A DNA stretch of 64,000 nucleotides. Source: Azolla caroliniana. Taxonomy: Eukaryota > Plantae > Polypodiophyta. The notes under the pieces are model-generated. The model did not search any database. It was not told the origin of the DNA and saw only the letters and a list, made by a program, of their open reading frames with translations. How positions within the stretch are numbered: position 1 is the first letter of the stretch; each line of letters starts with the position of its first letter. Location of the stretch: the NCBI GenBank assembly GCA_043228905.1, contig JBHGNT010000059.1, positions 1 to 64,000 of the forward strand, read 5' to 3'. Positions 61,161-64,000 of the stretch are shown here, piece by piece. A program made the position numbers and the translations under genes.

Positions 61161-62237
61161 TTAAAAGTGGCGAATACAAGCGCGTGGGCGAAGATCACAT
61201 TGTTGGAGAAGGCGAGAGGTTGCCACGCTTAGAAGTTGTTCCTCCTCACCGGCCTTGAAACGACGACGTTGTTCCTCATCTTGTCGTCCGGTCATGCGAT
61301 AACGGCGCTCGTCCTCCTCGCGCTCGCTACTGTCTCTCTCTCGCTCGGCATCCTCTTCCCATTGACGACGTTCCCTTGACACTTGGCTATGGCGGTGACC
61401 ATCATTGCGTGCCTCTTCTCCGCTAATGTATAAGGCCTCGCGGAGGCGGTTGCAACGCTCTTCTACGGGGATTTGTTCCACGTTCCTGCAGCATCTTTCG
61501 GAGGGCCTTGCATATCGGCTGATTTCATCCCAAGAGGTGCGACGGCTTCGTCCACGTTCTTCCTTCTCATTACGTTCTTGTAGGTGGCGGACCTGCCCAT
61601 CGACGAAGTTTTGGCACTCTTGCCTCAACTCTCGGTCTCGTGGCTCATCGCGATCGCGGCCGCGACGATCCCGTTCCTCTTCGGACTCTCTCTTGTTGTC
61701 TCTGCGACGTCCTTCATCGAGGGATCCTTCACGACGTCGGTCGCGCCTCTCCTGCTCGACATCCTCCTCCCTACGTCGATCGCGCCTCTCGTCGCGTGAC
61801 TCATCACGATCGCGACCGCGACGATCCCGTTCCTCTTCGGACTCTCTCTTGTTGTCTCCGTAGCGCCCCTCCTCGATGGACCCCTCGCGACGTCCCCCGC
61901 GCCTCTCCTCATCGAAATCCTCCTCCCTGCGTCGATCGCGCCTCTCCTCACGTGGCTCATCGCGATCGTGACTGCGACGATCCCGGTCCTCATCCGACCC
62001 TCTCTTGTTGTCTCTGTAGCGCCTCTCATCGATGGATCCCTCACGACGTCCGCTGCGCCTCTCCTCGTCGACATCCTCCTCCCTACGTCGATCGCGTCTC
62101 TCCTCGTCAATGTCTCCCTCTCTTCGTCGATCGCGCCTCTCCTCTTCGCGATCCCGTCCTACAGATCTAGCATTGGCCGCGCCGCAGGCGGCTAGCATGA
62201 TAACCGCCATGAGGAATATGATAGTGAGCTTCGCCAT
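61161..62237 (-). CDS. 2S-albumin-like R/E/D-rich protein, copy 20 (358 aa)
   Basis: Same translation as copy 1. Confidence 0.8.
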   Translation of the reverse strand: MAKLTIIFLMAVIMLAACGAANARSVGRDREEERRDRRREGDIDEERRDRRREEDVDEERRSGRREGSIDERRYRDNKRGSDEDRDRRSHDRDEPREERRDRRREEDFDEERRGGRREGSIEEGRYGDNKRESEEERDRRGRDRDESRDERRDRRREEDVEQERRDRRREGSLDEGRRRDNKRESEEERDRRGRDRDEPRDRELRQECQNFVDGQVRHLQERNEKEERGRSRRTSWDEISRYARPSERCCRNVEQIPVEERCNRLREALYISGEEARNDGHRHSQVSRERRQWEEDAERERDSSEREEDERRYRMTGRQDEEQRRRFKAGEEEQLLSVATSRLLQQCDLRPRACIRHF

Positions 62238-63360
62238 TGCTTGTGTTCGGAACTACCCCGGTTCTCTCTCCGCCTATTTGAGTGTGTCATGGTTGATCCA
62301 CCCTTATATACACAAGGCCATGCATGTCTAGTACATGCATGTCCCTTCCCACGTCCATTCCTATAGACGTTAATGGCATGATCCATACTTGGGCCACGGA
62401 AGAGACCATTCACTTTTCACCACCCCCCTTTACGTGTCCAGGATCCTCCTGCTTCGACCTACCATATCACTAGCCCTATACTCACCTCCATCACACCAGG
62501 AGTGGGATTATGCACTTGGGCATTTCAAATCTACTAACCTATGGACGCTTCGTCCATATTGCAACGTAGACAGTATGTAACCTCATGATAGCCACCTACA
62601 CATGTGATGCCATTGAGGTTGTAGAGTGCGTATGGGCCTCGTAAAACGAGGATAAGGTGGTGAGAAAAGGTTTTTAGGGTGTTGGTTCTCTCCACGAAAA
62701 CGTGCTCGGTGGTTGTGGCCACGAGGGAGTTTAGAATCCATTGCGACCAACATACGGACGACGACACGCGTTTTCATTGTGATTACAAGATCCGTCGTCG
62801 TTGTGGACGCTGCAACCACCGGAGGAATATGAAGGTGGCACCATTCAAGGACAACATTTCTAGGTGAAACATGCGTGGGTTGGTTGGTTCACACGATGAT
62901 GAAAATGGTAGATAGACATGGGAATGTCATGTGGAATCATGTTTGTAGTAGGAGTTACGATCAGCCACTACTATTGCGCACATCATGGTACGGCGAGACA
63001 CGGCATTGTACGAGGGTGGCTTCAATACAACATTGTGATGGCATCGACGTTTGACGAGTTTCGCGTTGCTCGCGAGAGAGATAGCGATAGATGGATAGCG
63101 ATAGATATAGGTAGGGTGGGAGTGGGTAGTGTGCGTGTGGGCACGTTACCTAATCATGCGTGCGTGGAGTTTCATTTTGCTTGTGCAATGAGCGAGCGAG
63201 GGCACGCGACCTGATCGTGCGTGCGTGCGTGCGTGTTGTGCGCGAGCGTGGGAGAAATATGATTGAGAGGGTTATGAGAACGTCAAGACACCACACAGAG
63301 CACACCATTTACATTTACGATGTTCAGAAAGTGTATAGTTGAAAAAGTTATGTACGTTCT

Positions 63361-64000
63361 TTAAAAGTGGCGAATACAAGCGCGTGGGCGAAGATCACAT
63401 TGTTGGAGAAGGCGAGAGGTTGCCACGCTTAGAAGTTGTTCCTCCTCACCGGCCTTGAAACGACGACGTTGTTCCTCATCTTGTCGTCCGGTCATGCGAT
63501 AACGGCGCTCGTCCTCCTCGCGCTCGCTACTGTCTCTCTCTCGCTCGGCATCCTCTTCCCATTGACGACGTTCCCTTGACACTTGGCTATGGCGGTGACC
63601 ATCATTGCGTGCCTCTTCTCCGCTAATGTATAAGGCCTCGCGGAGGCGGTTGCAACGCTCTTCTACGGGGATTTGTTCCACGTTCCTGCAGCATCTTTCG
63701 GAGGGCCTTGCATATCGGCTGATTTCATCCCAAGAGGTGCGACGGCTTCGTCCACGTTCTTCCTTCTCATTACGTTCTTGTAGGTGGCGGACCTGCCCAT
63801 CGACGAAGTTTTGGCACTCTTGCCTCAACTCTCGGTCTCGTGGCTCATCGCGATCGCGGCCGCGACGATCCCGTTCCTCTTCGGACTCTCTCTTGTTGTC
63901 TCTGCGACGTCCTTCATCGAGGGATCCTTCACGACGTCGGTCGCGCCTCTCCTGCTCGACATCCTCCTCCCTACGTCGATCGCGCCTCTCGTCGCGTGAC
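63361..64000 (-). CDS. Copy 21, 3' part only (5' end beyond the window edge)
   Basis: C-terminal translation identical to copy 1; no frameshift in the visible part. Confidence 0.75.
   Translation of the reverse strand, partial: SRDERRDRRREEDVEQERRDRRREGSLDEGRRRDNKRESEEERDRRGRDRDEPRDRELRQECQNFVDGQVRHLQERNEKEERGRSRRTSWDEISRYARPSERCCRNVEQIPVEERCNRLREALYISGEEARNDGHRHSQVSRERRQWEEDAERERDSSEREEDERRYRMTGRQDEEQRRRFKAGEEEQLLSVATSRLLQQCDLRPRACIRHF

Larger units (their letters stand above)
18906..64000 (-). repeat. Tandem gene array, 2,200-bp unit, 20 complete units plus a partial one, continuing past the window edge
   Basis: cacacgatgatgaaaatgg recurs at 18906, 21107, 23307 and onward. ORF spacing is 2200 bp (2173 across the deletion copy, 2202 across frameshift copies). 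Units differ at only a handful of sites. Confidence 0.98.

Noticed and set aside
18906-64000. Array as rDNA, satellite, CRISPR or tandem transposon
   Set aside because: No rRNA motifs, no repeat-spacer structure, no TIR/LTR/transposase; each unit holds a protein gene with a Pol II promoter.

Overview
Land-plant nuclear DNA (spliced genes, Ty3/Gypsy and LINE debris; the species cannot be read from the sequence, and a fern or other non-angiosperm origin is only an inference). The window has three zones. (1) 1-9.3 kb: three same-family, same-orientation chromovirus-type Ty3/Gypsy segments that look nested inside one another, followed by a LINE 3' fragment interrupted by a Mutator-like MITE with a perfect 9-bp TSD. 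(2) 9.8-17.2 kb: two convergent genes for plastid proteins, OEP24 (+, 3 exons, 223 aa) and plastid class I fructose-bisphosphate aldolase (-, 6 exons, 400 aa). (3) 18,906 to beyond the right edge: a near-identical head-to-tail array of a 2,200-bp unit, at least 21 copies. Each unit carries an intronless minus-strand gene for a secreted 358-aa protein: signal peptide, then 13 x 13-aa Arg/Glu/Asp repeats grouped into 52-aa super-repeats, then a 2S-albumin/prolamin-like domain with a reduced Cys skeleton. Each unit also has its own TATA + 2x RY + ABRE promoter. Fourteen copies are full length, one has an in-frame 27-bp deletion, five share a +2 frameshift and one is cut by the window edge. One unit contains a SMART/PacBio-type adapter sequence, so copy number and per-copy variants need read-level validation.
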